Below are positions 1 through 10,254 of a stretch of 64,000 bases of DNA, piece after piece. Numbering within the stretch: the first letter of the stretch is position 1; each line of letters opens with the position of its first letter. Source of the stretch: Escherichia coli (lineage in GTDB: Bacteria > Pseudomonadota > Gammaproteobacteria > Enterobacterales > Enterobacteriaceae); NCBI RefSeq assembly GCF_965641715.1, contig NZ_OZ282453.1. One strand, 5' to 3'. The notes under the pieces were generated by a model that made no database searches, was not told the DNA's origin, and worked only from the letters and a program-made list of their open reading frames with translations. A program made the translations under genes and the position numbers.

Positions 1-1303
1 CAAACCAGCGAATAAACCAGGCGAAACTGGCGACCGATTCAATCATCAGCAGAATCATGGCGGGCAGCAGGATCCAGTACTCCACTGACAACGCAAAACC
101 GGCAGCAAACAGCGGGAATTTACTGAAGAAGCCGTTGAACGGCGGTACGCCGGTAATCGCCAGCGCTGCCACGCAGAAACCCACGCCTGGCAACGGCAGG
201 GTGTGCAATACGCCACGCAGACGCGGCAACAAGCGCGTGCCGCAGCTGTAACTCAGCGCACCTGCTACAAGGAAAAACAGGCTTTTAGCGAACGCGTGGT
301 TGACGATGTAGGCGATGCTACCCTCCAGCGCCAGCCGCGAGCCGAAGATGGAGAGCGACAAGCCGAAGAACATCCAGCCAAGTTGAGTGATGGTCGACCA
401 GGCCAGCAACCGCTTCATATCCTGCTGTGGCAAATACATCAGAAATCCATAAAGAATGGTGACCAGGGCCATGACCATGCCAACGCCGCCAATCACATGC
501 GGGATATTGCCGCCGTCGATAATGGCGCGGGCAAAAATGTAAACGCCCACTTTCACCATCGATGCGGCGTGGAGATAGGCGCTGATCGGTGTTGGCGCTT
601 CCATTGCGTCCGGTAGCCACGCTTGCATCGGTAGCTGGGCCGATTTCCCCCACGCGGCAAACAGGATGCCGCCATAAACCAGATAACGTGCGTCGCCGTG
701 TAACTCGCTCATCGCGCTAAGCGCAAACGTTCCGGTCTGCAAAAACAGCGTGGCGGCGGCAAGATACAACCCCAACGAGCCGATATGAGTGATAAGTAAC
801 GCTTTTAGTGCTGAACGCTGTGCTTTATCGCTCTGGTAATAACTGATCAACGCCCAGGAGCAGCCGCCCGTAATTTCAAAAAACAACAACTGACCGAGCA
901 GCGTCGAGGAGAGTACCAGTCCCGCCATCGCGCCGATAAACACCAGCAAAAATGCGTAATAACGATTCGTGCCGTTATGCGGGTGTTCGCGATTTTTATC
1001 CGTCAGATAACCCGTGGAGTAGATCGTGACCAGCAAACCGAGAAACACCACCACAAACAGAATCAGCGTACTCACGCGATCAATGACCAGGCCAAACAAT
1101 GCCACATCCCCCACGTTGACCAACGTCAACGTGACGGCAACTTTATCGGCCTGATAAAACGCGGAGATCAGTGACAACATGCACAGCGTGGTCAGCGCGG
1201 CGAACAAAACCCCCCATTCGGCGGCCCGACGTTGTGGCGAAAACGAAACGACCAGTGCGCCGATAAAAGGCAGCATTAACGTCGTCAGAGCAAGATTTTC
1301 CAT
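1..1303 (-). CDS. hyfD: Hydrogenase-4 membrane subunit HyfD, N-terminal part (C-terminus lies beyond the window start)
   Basis: Reverse translation from 1303 gives MENLALTTLMLPFIG..., the known HyfD N-terminus. No in-window stop, so absent from the ORF track. Fits hyfABCD gene order. Confidence 0.8.
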   Translation of the reverse strand, partial: MENLALTTLMLPFIGALVVSFSPQRRAAEWGVLFAALTTLCMLSLISAFYQADKVAVTLTLVNVGDVALFGLVIDRVSTLILFVVVFLGLLVTIYSTGYLTDKNREHPHNGTNRYYAFLLVFIGAMAGLVLSSTLLGQLLFFEITGGCSWALISYYQSDKAQRSALKALLITHIGSLGLYLAAATLFLQTGTFALSAMSELHGDARYLVYGGILFAAWGKSAQLPMQAWLPDAMEAPTPISAYLHAASMVKVGVYIFARAIIDGGNIPHVIGGVGMVMALVTILYGFLMYLPQQDMKRLLAWSTITQLGWMFFGLSLSIFGSRLALEGSIAYIVNHAFAKSLFFLVAGALSYSCGTRLLPRLRGVLHTLPLPGVGFCVAALAITGVPPFNGFFSKFPLFAAGFALSVEYWILLPAMILLMIESVASFAWFIRWF

Positions 1304-1319
1304 ATTCCGTCAGTGCTCC

Positions 1320-2267
1320 TTACAGACCGGTTAACCAGAAGACCCATGCAAGCGCAGCAAGGCTGAAGCCAAGCCAGGTCACATGGTGAATGAGTAAAAA
1401 ACGCCCGCGTGCCAGCGTGTTTTCTGCGATTGAGGCCAGTACAAAAATCAGCAACACCTTGAGCAGCGTAACGACAAGTGAAGTCAGCAGGCAGGCGAGA
1501 GAAAGTTCTTGCGCGCGCCCAAAGGGCAGAAACAGGGCCACAAACAGTGCTGCCATCACGACCTGTTTCAGCCCCAGCCCCCATTTCGCCAGCGCCAGCC
1601 CGGCACCGGAATATTCTGTCAGCGGGCCTTCCTGTAATTCCTGTTCTGCTTCAGCAACATCAAAGGGAATTTTTCCCATCTCAATGAAGCAGGCAAAACC
1701 ACAGGCCAGTAACGCCAGTACGGTGGTTAGCGGCGAGTTCCAGCCCATCGCCAGCGTATTGCTGATCATCTCGATATGCGTGGAATCCGCTATCAGCGCC
1801 AATACCAGCAGTGAGAGAATGAGCATGGGTTCGACCAGAATGCCGAGCGTCAACTCGCGACTGGCACCGACTCCCGCAAACGGGCTTCCGGTATCCAGCC
1901 CTGAAAGAGCAAAGAAAAAACGAAACAGGGCAAGAAGATAGATAAGGGTGATCAGATCGCCGCCGCCCGCAAAAGGGGAAACGGTAATAAATAGTGGTAG
2001 GGCCATCGCCAGCACCAGCATGCTGCTGATTAATACCCACGGCATCAGGCGGAACATCAGACCTGAAGATATAGGCGCAACTTCCTGCCGTTTAAACAGT
2101 TTGTGGATATCGCGATAATCCTGCCAGATCCCCGGCCCGCGGCGGGAGTGCATACGCGCGCGTATCTGCCGGGAAATACCCGTAAAAAGCGGGGTTAGCA
2201 TCAGCAGAATCACGGCCTGTGCTAACGCAAAAATGACCAGATATCCGTCGCAAAGAGTTTGTCTCAT
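1320..2267 (-). CDS. hyfC: Hydrogenase-4 membrane subunit HyfC (HycD-like)
   Basis: ORF 1320..2288 is a polytopic membrane protein. Internal start MRQTLCDGYLVIF gives a 315-aa product matching HyfC. Confidence 0.85.
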   Translation of the reverse strand: MRQTLCDGYLVIFALAQAVILLMLTPLFTGISRQIRARMHSRRGPGIWQDYRDIHKLFKRQEVAPISSGLMFRLMPWVLISSMLVLAMALPLFITVSPFAGGGDLITLIYLLALFRFFFALSGLDTGSPFAGVGASRELTLGILVEPMLILSLLVLALIADSTHIEMISNTLAMGWNSPLTTVLALLACGFACFIEMGKIPFDVAEAEQELQEGPLTEYSGAGLALAKWGLGLKQVVMAALFVALFLPFGRAQELSLACLLTSLVVTLLKVLLIFVLASIAENTLARGRFLLIHHVTWLGFSLAALAWVFWLTGL

Positions 2268-2277
2268 GGTGATTTCC

Positions 2278-4296
2278 TTAGACGGCAATAGCGATTAGCA
2301 GCACAACCAGTGCGGCAACCACATACAGGCAATAGAGACGAAAGTCGCCGCTTTGCAGATGCTGTATTTCTTTGGCCAGCCGTTGGGTGGCGCTCACGAT
2401 GGGGCGGATCACCCGCTCATCCCAGAAGGGTTCTGTGCTCTGAGCCCTGGCGGTGACGTGCGCAAGACCTTTATTTAGCCTCAGCGTAGGGTCGAGCTGT
2501 TGTCGTAGACGAAATAGCGCAGAGAAGACCACACGCAGCGGCTGCATCACGCCATTGCCTGACGGGGCCATCGCATTTTCCCAGCCGTAGCCGCATGCCC
2601 AGGCATCTCCTGTGCGACGAAACGCTGCGCGGCGCGAACGACACCACAGCCAGTAAAGGCCAGGCAGCAAAGGCATCGCCAGTAGTAACAGCAACAGTAA
2701 TGAGGGAGTGACCCGTGTATGAAACGTGCCGGGTACAAGTGCTATTCCGCTGGCGACAGTGACGGGAGGGGTATCGGTAAAGGCATGGGCAATATGCATT
2801 ATCTTCGGTGCCAGCCAACTGGCACTAAGCGCAATTAATACGCAGAGTGCCGCGAGCAGTAGCATGGCGACGATCATCGTATTTGGCACTTCCTGTGCCT
2901 CTTCAGCGTGTGTACTGCGCGGCGCACCACAGAAAGTAATACCGTACATTTTGACGAAGCACATTACTGCCAGCCCACCAGTGACTGCCAGCATCACCAT
3001 AGCAATAGGACCCGCAAGTTGTAGCGCTACGGCTTCCACACGACTTAGTGAGAACAGCGACTGCCAGGTGTACCATTCGCTGATAAAACCATTCAGCGGA
3101 GGAAGGGCTGATATCGCGAGGCAACCAATCAGGCATGCTGCGGCTGTCCACGGCATCCGTTTCGCCAGTGCCCCCATTTTTTCCATGTCGTGGGTATGCA
3201 AACGCGAAATAATCGCGCCCGCGCCGAGAAATAGCAGCCCTTTGAACAGCGCATGGTTGAGCAGATGAAACAGTGCGCCGAGCAGTCCAACCACGGTGAG
3301 CAGCGGGTCGTGCAGTGACAGACCGACCATCGCCACACCGACTGCCAGCAAAATAATGCCGACGTTTTCGACGGTACTCCAGGCCAGCAGCCGTTTGATA
3401 TCCTGTTCCGCCAGCGCATACAGCACGCCCAGGAGCGCGGAGATTGCGCCGATCGCCATCACCAGAATGCCCCACCACAGCGGCAAACCCGTTTGCGCCA
3501 GCAGATCCATCGCCACTTTCAGGATGCCGAAAATACCGATTTTGACCATTACGCCAGACATCAACGCCGAAGCGTGCGATGGTGCGGCAGGGTGAGCGCG
3601 CGGCAACCAGCTGTGCAACGGCATCATCCCGGCTTTCGCGCCAAAACCGAAAAAGGCCAGCAGGAACACCGCCGACGCCAGCCCCGGAGAAAGTGAAAGC
3701 GTGCGGAAACTGGCAAAATCGAGGCTGCCGCTTTCGCGCCCCATCAGCAAGAAGGCGATCATAATCAGCACCGATCCGGCGTGGGCGATAAAAAAGTAGA
3801 GCATGCCAGCGTTGATTGACGTTTTATCCTGCCTGGCAATGACCAGAAACCAGGAAGACAGCGACATCATTTCAAACAGCACGATGAACCAAAAAGCGTT
3901 GTCCATCACCAGCAGGGCAACCATCGATGCGATAAAAAGATTCATAAAGAAGCCCATCGCCGCCGCGCCTTTGCCCTCGTATTCGCGCATATAAGTCAAT
4001 GAATAGAGCGAACAAACCACCACAAGCAAGGAGATAACCAGCACCATAAATGCCGAGAGACTATCCATTCGCAGGGTTAAATCGGCAAAGTCAAAAGGGG
4101 TGGCAAAACGGGCGACTAAAGTTACGCCTGCATGTAATTGCGTAATTCCGCTGATGATGCCAATCACGCCGCCCACCAGCGATGTGATGGCGGAAAGCTT
4201 AATAGCCAGTCTGTCCAGACCGAGTAAAAACAGCGAAGCCAGACTGGCAAACAGATAGAGGATCAGCGACCAGGTTAATAATTGCAGGGCATCCAT
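2278..4296 (-). CDS. hyfB: Hydrogenase-4 subunit HyfB (NuoL/HycC-like antiporter-type membrane subunit)
   Basis: 672-aa polytopic ORF. Length and sequence match HyfB. Stop overlaps the hyfA start codon. Confidence 0.9.
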   Translation of the reverse strand: MDALQLLTWSLILYLFASLASLFLLGLDRLAIKLSAITSLVGGVIGIISGITQLHAGVTLVARFATPFDFADLTLRMDSLSAFMVLVISLLVVVCSLYSLTYMREYEGKGAAAMGFFMNLFIASMVALLVMDNAFWFIVLFEMMSLSSWFLVIARQDKTSINAGMLYFFIAHAGSVLIMIAFLLMGRESGSLDFASFRTLSLSPGLASAVFLLAFFGFGAKAGMMPLHSWLPRAHPAAPSHASALMSGVMVKIGIFGILKVAMDLLAQTGLPLWWGILVMAIGAISALLGVLYALAEQDIKRLLAWSTVENVGIILLAVGVAMVGLSLHDPLLTVVGLLGALFHLLNHALFKGLLFLGAGAIISRLHTHDMEKMGALAKRMPWTAAACLIGCLAISALPPLNGFISEWYTWQSLFSLSRVEAVALQLAGPIAMVMLAVTGGLAVMCFVKMYGITFCGAPRSTHAEEAQEVPNTMIVAMLLLAALCVLIALSASWLAPKIMHIAHAFTDTPPVTVASGIALVPGTFHTRVTPSLLLLLLLAMPLLPGLYWLWCRSRRAAFRRTGDAWACGYGWENAMAPSGNGVMQPLRVVFSALFRLRQQLDPTLRLNKGLAHVTARAQSTEPFWDERVIRPIVSATQRLAKEIQHLQSGDFRLYCLYVVAALVVLLIAIAV

Positions 4297-4913
4297 TAGC
4301 GTTGCTCCTGAGTGAGGGAAAGGGGATCCTCCCCGCCATTGGCAAACCAGCTTGCGGCAAGGCGCTGTTTTTCTTTCATCTGACGTTGCAGGCTATCGTC
4401 GGTGATCAGCCGTAACGCCTGATTCGGGCAAGCGCGAACGCAGGCCGGACCTTGTGGCAAGAAATCACACAGGTCGCATTTCACCGCGACGGTCTGGACA
4501 CCCGGTTCCCAGCGCAGCAAAGCATGTTGTGTTGGCGCGTTTTCTTCGCCGTCTTTGAGTGAGCCCTCAGCCTGAAAAACATATTGCGCAGGGGCATTCA
4601 CCGGACGGCTTCCTGAAGCGCTGATTGCGCCAAATGGGCAGACTACGGCGCAAAGCTTGCAGCCAATACAGAGGCTTTCGTTGAGTTGGATCGCATCATC
4701 CCTCGGGGAGATGGCATTGACCGGGCAGACCTGCAGGCAAGGGGCTTCCTCACAGTGATGACACACGACAGGGGCAGTGAGTGTTGACGTCTTCGCCAGG
4801 GCCAGGCGCGGGTGTTGCTGTAAACCTTGCGTTTTATGCACGTCCGAACAGGCAGCGAGACAGGTATTACATCCTGTACACCACAGTGGTTCGGCCACCA
4901 CAAAGCGGTTCAT
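4296..4913 (-). CDS. hyfA: Hydrogenase-4 ferredoxin-type 4Fe-4S subunit HyfA
   Basis: ORF 4296..4952 has four CxxCxxCxxxCP clusters. Internal start MNRFVVAEPLWCTGC gives 205 aa as in HyfA. Confidence 0.85.
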   Translation of the reverse strand: MNRFVVAEPLWCTGCNTCLAACSDVHKTQGLQQHPRLALAKTSTLTAPVVCHHCEEAPCLQVCPVNAISPRDDAIQLNESLCIGCKLCAVVCPFGAISASGSRPVNAPAQYVFQAEGSLKDGEENAPTQHALLRWEPGVQTVAVKCDLCDFLPQGPACVRACPNQALRLITDDSLQRQMKEKQRLAASWFANGGEDPLSLTQEQR

Positions 4914-4955
4914 GTCGGCTCCTTGAAAATGATATGAAACATTGCGTTTCATATT

Positions 4956-4972
4956 GCATAAAGGATGCCAGT
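4956..4972 (-). promoter_or_regulatory. Candidate sigma-54 (-24/-12) promoter of the hyf operon
   Basis: Minus-strand reading is CTGGCATCCTTTATGCA, i.e. GG-N10-GC with TGGCA and TGCA elements, about 45 nt upstream of the hyfA start. hyf is known to be sigma-54/HyfR dependent. Confidence 0.4.
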
Positions 4973-5165
4973 CTGATTAATTTAATATATTCAATAAGTT
5001 ATGAATTAACTGGATTCTGAACGGTACAAAAATGATGGTCATTAACGTTCAGCAAAAAATGGATTCGACACCCGTGTCGCAGGGGAAAGTGAGAATGTGA
5101 TCTTGGTCACGAGAAGTGAGGTGTGCTGACCACAAGCGCAGCCAGCACGGAATGGAGCAAAGTAA

Positions 5166-5636
5166 TCAGGCGTGTTCTTTCAACCAGTTCAGCACAACGT
5201 CGTGGTGATTGCTGGTTTTGAAATCGTCAAAGACATGTTCGATTTTGCCATCAGCGTCAATCAGGAAGCTGATGCGATGAATACCATCGTAGGTTTTGCC
5301 CATGAAGGACTTTTCACCCCAGACGCCGAATTGTTCGCACACCTGGTGGTCCTCATCAGACAGGAGCGTAAAGTTAAGCAGCTCTTTTTCCGCAAAACGG
5401 GAGAGTTTTTCGGGTTTATCGGTGCTGATACCCAGCACATCAACGCCCGCTTTTTTCAACTCATCCATGTTATCGCGTAAGCCGCAGGCCTGTACGGTAC
5501 AGCCGGGGGTCATGGCTTTCGGGTAGAAATAAACCAGAACACGCTGTCCCTGGAAGTCGGTCAAATTAACTTGTTCTCCGTCTTGATCCGGCAAGCTAAA
5601 TTTCGGTGCGATATCACCGGCTTTCAGTGGATTCAT
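5166..5636 (-). CDS. bcp: Thiol peroxidase / bacterioferritin comigratory protein (peroxiredoxin)
   Basis: 156-aa ORF with the peroxiredoxin motif (AMTPGCT). Length and sequence match Bcp. Confidence 0.9.
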   Translation of the reverse strand: MNPLKAGDIAPKFSLPDQDGEQVNLTDFQGQRVLVYFYPKAMTPGCTVQACGLRDNMDELKKAGVDVLGISTDKPEKLSRFAEKELLNFTLLSDEDHQVCEQFGVWGEKSFMGKTYDGIHRISFLIDADGKIEHVFDDFKTSNHHDVVLNWLKEHA

Positions 5637-6208
5637 TACTTAACTCCATCCTGTTCATCATGTTGGGAATAATTGACGACGTTAATACTGCCTTGTGCAT
5701 TGAGTTCTGTACATAGGGCTTTGAACGCTTGCTCAATATTTGCTGCGTCCGCAGATGCGGGGCTGTGGGCAGTAATCTGAATATGCAACTGCGCAGCCCG
5801 TTCATTTTCAGCAGGTTGTGTGCGCGACACCAGCTCCGCAATGTTCATATGATGCGTGTCGAAAAGTGCTGTGAAGCGTTCAATTAAATGCGGGGAGTCT
5901 GCCACATCGACCTGAACCCAGACAGATGCTGGCATTGGCGGACGCGGACGCGCCGTCGTGCGCTTCATCACGATTAAAAGATCCAGTTCGGCACCTTTCA
6001 ACGGTAACGTTGATTCAATCAGAGTAATGGCATTCCATGAACCGGAAAGCAGCATGATAAACGTGAACTCTTCTCCCAGCATCGCCAGGCGACTGTCTTC
6101 AATATTACAGCCGCAACTACTGACATGACGGGTGATGGTGTTCACAATTCCAGGGCGATCGGCACCCAACGCAGTGATCACCAGATAATGTTGCGATGAC
6201 AGTGTCAA
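5636..6208 (-). CDS. gcvR: Glycine cleavage system transcriptional repressor GcvR
   Basis: ORF 5636..6274. Known N-terminus (M)TLSSQHYLVITALGADRPG corresponds to a TTG start at 6208, giving 190 aa. Tandem ACT domains. Confidence 0.8.
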   Translation of the reverse strand: MTLSSQHYLVITALGADRPGIVNTITRHVSSCGCNIEDSRLAMLGEEFTFIMLLSGSWNAITLIESTLPLKGAELDLLIVMKRTTARPRPPMPASVWVQVDVADSPHLIERFTALFDTHHMNIAELVSRTQPAENERAAQLHIQITAHSPASADAANIEQAFKALCTELNAQGSINVVNYSQHDEQDGVK

Positions 6209-6353
6209 ACTGGTTATTCCTTTAAGGGGTGAGTTGTTCTTAAGGAAAGCATAAAAAAAACATGCATACAACAATCAGAACGGTTCTGTCTGCTTGCTTT
6301 TAATGCCATACCAAACGTACCATTGAGACACTTGTTTGCACAGAGGATGGCCC

Positions 6354-7232
6354 ATGTTCACGGGAAGTATTGTCGCGATTGTTACTCCGATGGATGAAAA
6401 AGGTAATGTCTGTCGGGCTAGCTTGAAAAAACTGATTGATTATCATGTCGCCAGCGGTACTTCGGCGATCGTTTCTGTTGGCACCACTGGCGAGTCCGCT
6501 ACCTTAAATCATGACGAACATGCTGATGTGGTGATGATGACGCTGGAGCTGGCTGACGGGCGCATTCCGGTGATTGCCGGGACCGGTGCTAACGCTACTG
6601 CGGAAGCCATTAGCCTGACGCAGCGCTTCAATGACAGTGGTATCGTCGGCTGCCTGACGGTAACCCCTTACTACAATCGTCCGTCGCAAGAAGGTTTGTA
6701 TCAGCATTTCAAAGCCATCGCTGAGCATACTGACCTGCCGCAAATTCTGTATAATGTGCCGTCCCGTACTGGCTGCGATCTGCTCCCGGAAACGGTGGGC
6801 CGTCTGGCGAAAGTAAAAAATATTATCGGAATCAAAGAGGCAACAGGGAACTTAACGCGTGTAAACCAGATCAAAGAGCTGGTTTCAGATGATTTTGTTC
6901 TGCTGAGCGGCGATGATGCGAGCGCGCTGGACTTCATGCAATTAGGCGGTCATGGGGTTATTTCCGTTACGGCTAACGTCGCAGCGCGTGATATGGCCCA
7001 GATGTGCAAACTGGCAGCAGAAGGGCATTTTGCCGAGGCACGCGTTATTAATCAGCGTCTGATGCCATTACACAACAAACTATTTGTCGAACCCAATCCA
7101 ATCCCGGTGAAATGGGCATGTAAGGAACTGGGTCTTGTGGCGACCGATACGCTGCGCCTGCCAATGACACCAATCACCGACAGTGGTCGTGAGACGGTCA
7201 GAGCGGCGCTTAAGCATGCCGGTTTGCTGTAA
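6354..7232 (+). CDS. dapA: 4-hydroxy-tetrahydrodipicolinate synthase
   Basis: ORF 6336..7232. Internal start [13 protein letters not shown] gives 292 aa. Matches DapA. Confidence 0.9.
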   Translation: MFTGSIVAIVTPMDEKGNVCRASLKKLIDYHVASGTSAIVSVGTTGESATLNHDEHADVVMMTLELADGRIPVIAGTGANATAEAISLTQRFNDSGIVGCLTVTPYYNRPSQEGLYQHFKAIAEHTDLPQILYNVPSRTGCDLLPETVGRLAKVKNIIGIKEATGNLTRVNQIKELVSDDFVLLSGDDASALDFMQLGGHGVISVTANVAARDMAQMCKLAAEGHFAEARVINQRLMPLHNKLFVEPNPIPVKWACKELGLVATDTLRLPMTPITDSGRETVRAALKHAGLL

Positions 7233-7248
7233 AGTTTAGGGAGATTTG

Positions 7249-8283
7249 ATGGCTTACTCTGTTCAAAAGTCGCGCCTGGCAAAGGTTGCGGGTGTTTCGC
7301 TTGTTTTATTACTCGCTGCCTGTAGTTCTGACTCACGCTATAAGCGTCAGGTCAGTGGTGATGAAGCCTACCTGGAAGCGGCACCGCTTGCGGAGCTTCA
7401 TGCCCCGGCTGGAATGATTTTGCCGGTGACCTCCGGTGATTATGCAATCCCGGTGACCAACGGTAGTGGTGCTGTCGGTAAGGCGCTGGACATTCGTCCA
7501 CCAGCCCAGCCGCTGGCACTGGTTTCTGGCGCGCGTACCCAGTTCACGGGCGATACCGCTTCATTGCTGGTGGAAAATGGTCGTGGCAATACTCTGTGGC
7601 CGCAGGTGGTTAGCGTGCTGCAGGCGAAAAACTACACCATCACCCAACGTGATGATGCTGGTCAGACACTGACCACCGATTGGGTACAATGGAACCGTCT
7701 GGACGAAGACGAGCAGTATCGTGGTCGTTATCAAATCTCTGTTAAGCCGCAGGGTTATCAGCAGGCGGTTACGGTTAAACTGCTGAACCTGGAACAGGCG
7801 GGCAAACCGGTTGCAGACGCGGCTTCCATGCAGCGTTACAGCACGGAGATGATGAACGTTATTTCCGCCGGTCTGGATAAATCTGCCACTGACGCCGCGA
7901 ACGCTGCGCAAAATCGTGCCTCCACCACTATGGACGTACAAAGTGCAGCTGATGACACCGGTTTACCAATGCTGGTCGTACGCGGGCCGTTCAATGTGGT
8001 TTGGCAACGTCTGCCAGCGGCGCTGGAAAAAGTGGGCATGAAAGTGACCGACAGCACCCGTTCGCAGGGCAACATGGCCGTAACTTATAAGCCGCTGTCT
8101 GACAGCGACTGGCAGGAACTGGGCGCGAGCGATCCAGGCCTGGCATCCGGTGACTATAAACTGCAGGTTGGCGATTTAGATAACCGCAGCAGCCTACAGT
8201 TCATCGATCCGAAAGGTCATACTCTGACTCAGAGTCAGAACGACGCGCTGGTAGCTGTCTTCCAGGCTGCGTTTAGCAAGTAA
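7249..8283 (+). CDS. bamC: Outer-membrane protein assembly lipoprotein BamC (NlpB)
   Basis: 344 aa from MAYSVQKS with a lipobox LLAAC. Sits 14 bp after dapA, as in the dapA-nlpB operon. Confidence 0.9.
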
Positions 8284-8378
8284 AAATACAGGGCTGGAAT
8301 CATCCGGCCCTTTTTTCTGATATGATACGCAAACGTGTGCGTCGGCAGGAAAACGCGATTTTAGCGGTAATTCGCACG

Positions 8379-8450
<72 letters not shown>

Positions 8451-8495
8451 AGCAAAAGATTTTAAAACGTTAATTCACACCCAGGAGTGATAAAG

Positions 8496-9209
8496 ATGCA
8501 AAAGCAAGCTGAGTTGTATCGTGGTAAAGCGAAAACCGTATACAGCACGGAAAACCCGGACCTGTTGGTGCTCGAATTCCGCAATGATACGTCAGCAGGG
8601 GATGGCGCGCGCATTGAGCAGTTTGATCGCAAAGGTATGGTGAACAACAAGTTCAACTACTTCATTATGAGCAAACTGGCTGAAGCGGGTATCCCGACTC
8701 AAATGGAGCGTCTGCTCTCCGATACCGAATGTCTGGTGAAAAAGCTGGATATGGTACCGGTTGAGTGTGTCGTGCGTAACCGTGCTGCGGGCTCTCTGGT
8801 GAAACGTCTTGGAATCGAAGAAGGTATTGAGCTGAACCCGCCGCTGTTCGATCTGTTCCTGAAAAACGACGCCATGCACGATCCGATGGTCAACGAATCT
8901 TACTGCGAAACCTTTGGCTGGGTGAGCAAAGAGAACCTGGCGCGTATGAAAGAGCTGACCTACAAAGCGAACGACGTGCTGAAAAAACTGTTCGATGATG
9001 CTGGTCTGATTCTGGTCGACTTCAAGCTGGAATTTGGTCTGTACAAAGGCGAAGTGGTACTGGGTGATGAGTTCTCCCCGGACGGTAGCCGCCTGTGGGA
9101 CAAAGAAACACTGGAGAAAATGGACAAAGACCGTTTCCGCCAGAGCCTCGGTGGCCTGATCGAGGCCTATGAAGCCGTCGCCCGCCGCCTGGGTGTACAG
9201 CTGGACTGA
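8496..9209 (+). CDS. purC: Phosphoribosylaminoimidazole-succinocarboxamide (SAICAR) synthase
   Basis: [16 protein letters not shown]..., 237 aa. Matches PurC. Confidence 0.9.
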
Positions 9210-9376
9210 TTTTTCTGTTCATCATCTTGCCGTGCTGCTGGCACGGCAAGACAACCATTCTCGTAAGATGTGCAATGAACGCTCATTCCTCCGCCATTTC
9301 ATCCCGCTTTCCTGTGGTAATCTTCCTCTGAACCACCTACGATCATTTCTATAATGAATATATTGTTGAGGTATCT

Positions 9377-10240
9377 ATGCGTTGGCAAGGGCGACGTGAA
9401 AGTGACAATGTTGAAGACAGGCGCAACAGCTCTGGTGGTCCGTCTATGGGCGGTCCCGGTTTTCGCCTGCCGAGCGGTAAAGGCGGGCTGATTTTACTGA
9501 TAGTCGTGCTGGTTGCAGGCTACTATGGCGTTGATTTAACCGGGTTGATGACCGGACAGCCGGTTTCCCAACAGCAATCAACGCGGTCAATTAGCCCAAA
9601 TGAAGACGAAGCCGCAAAATTCACCTCGGTGATTCTGGCAACTACGGAAGACACCTGGGGACAGCAGTTCGAGAAGATGGGTAAAACCTATCAGCAACCG
9701 AAGCTGGTCATGTACCGTGGAATGACGCGTACCGGCTGCGGGGCGGGCCAGTCCATAATGGGGCCATTCTATTGCCCGGCGGATGGCACGGTTTATATCG
9801 ATCTCTCCTTCTATGATGACATGAAAGACAAACTTGGCGCGGATGGCGATTTTGCCCAGGGGTACGTTATCGCCCATGAAGTCGGTCATCATGTGCAGAA
9901 ACTGTTAGGCATCGAGCCGAAAGTTCGTCAACTGCAACAAAACGCGACGCAGGCGGAAGTGAACCGCTTATCTGTGCGTATGGAACTCCAGGCCGACTGT
10001 TTTGCCGGTGTCTGGGGGCATAGTATGCAGCAGCAAGGCGTTCTGGAAACCGGCGATCTGGAAGAGGCGCTGAACGCGGCGCAGGCCATCGGCGATGACC
10101 GTTTACAACAGCAAAGTCAGGGGCGAGTAGTACCAGACAGTTTCACTCATGGCACTTCTCAGCAACGCTACAGCTGGTTTAAACGTGGTTTCGACAGCGG
10201 CGATCCGGCACAATGCAATACTTTTGGTAAAAGCATTTAA
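9377..10240 (+). CDS. ypfJ: Putative Zn-metalloprotease-like protein YpfJ
   Basis: 287-aa ORF with an N-terminal TM segment and a HEVGHH zinc-binding motif. Position and length match YpfJ. Confidence 0.85.
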
Positions 10241-10254
10241 CTTCCGGGGCAGGG

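Noticed and set aside
57-653. Short plus- and minus-strand ORFs at the window start (57..251, 203..616, 318..653)
   Set aside because: They fall inside the region encoding HyfD on the minus strand, whose N-terminus is recognisable at 1303. They are frame artefacts.
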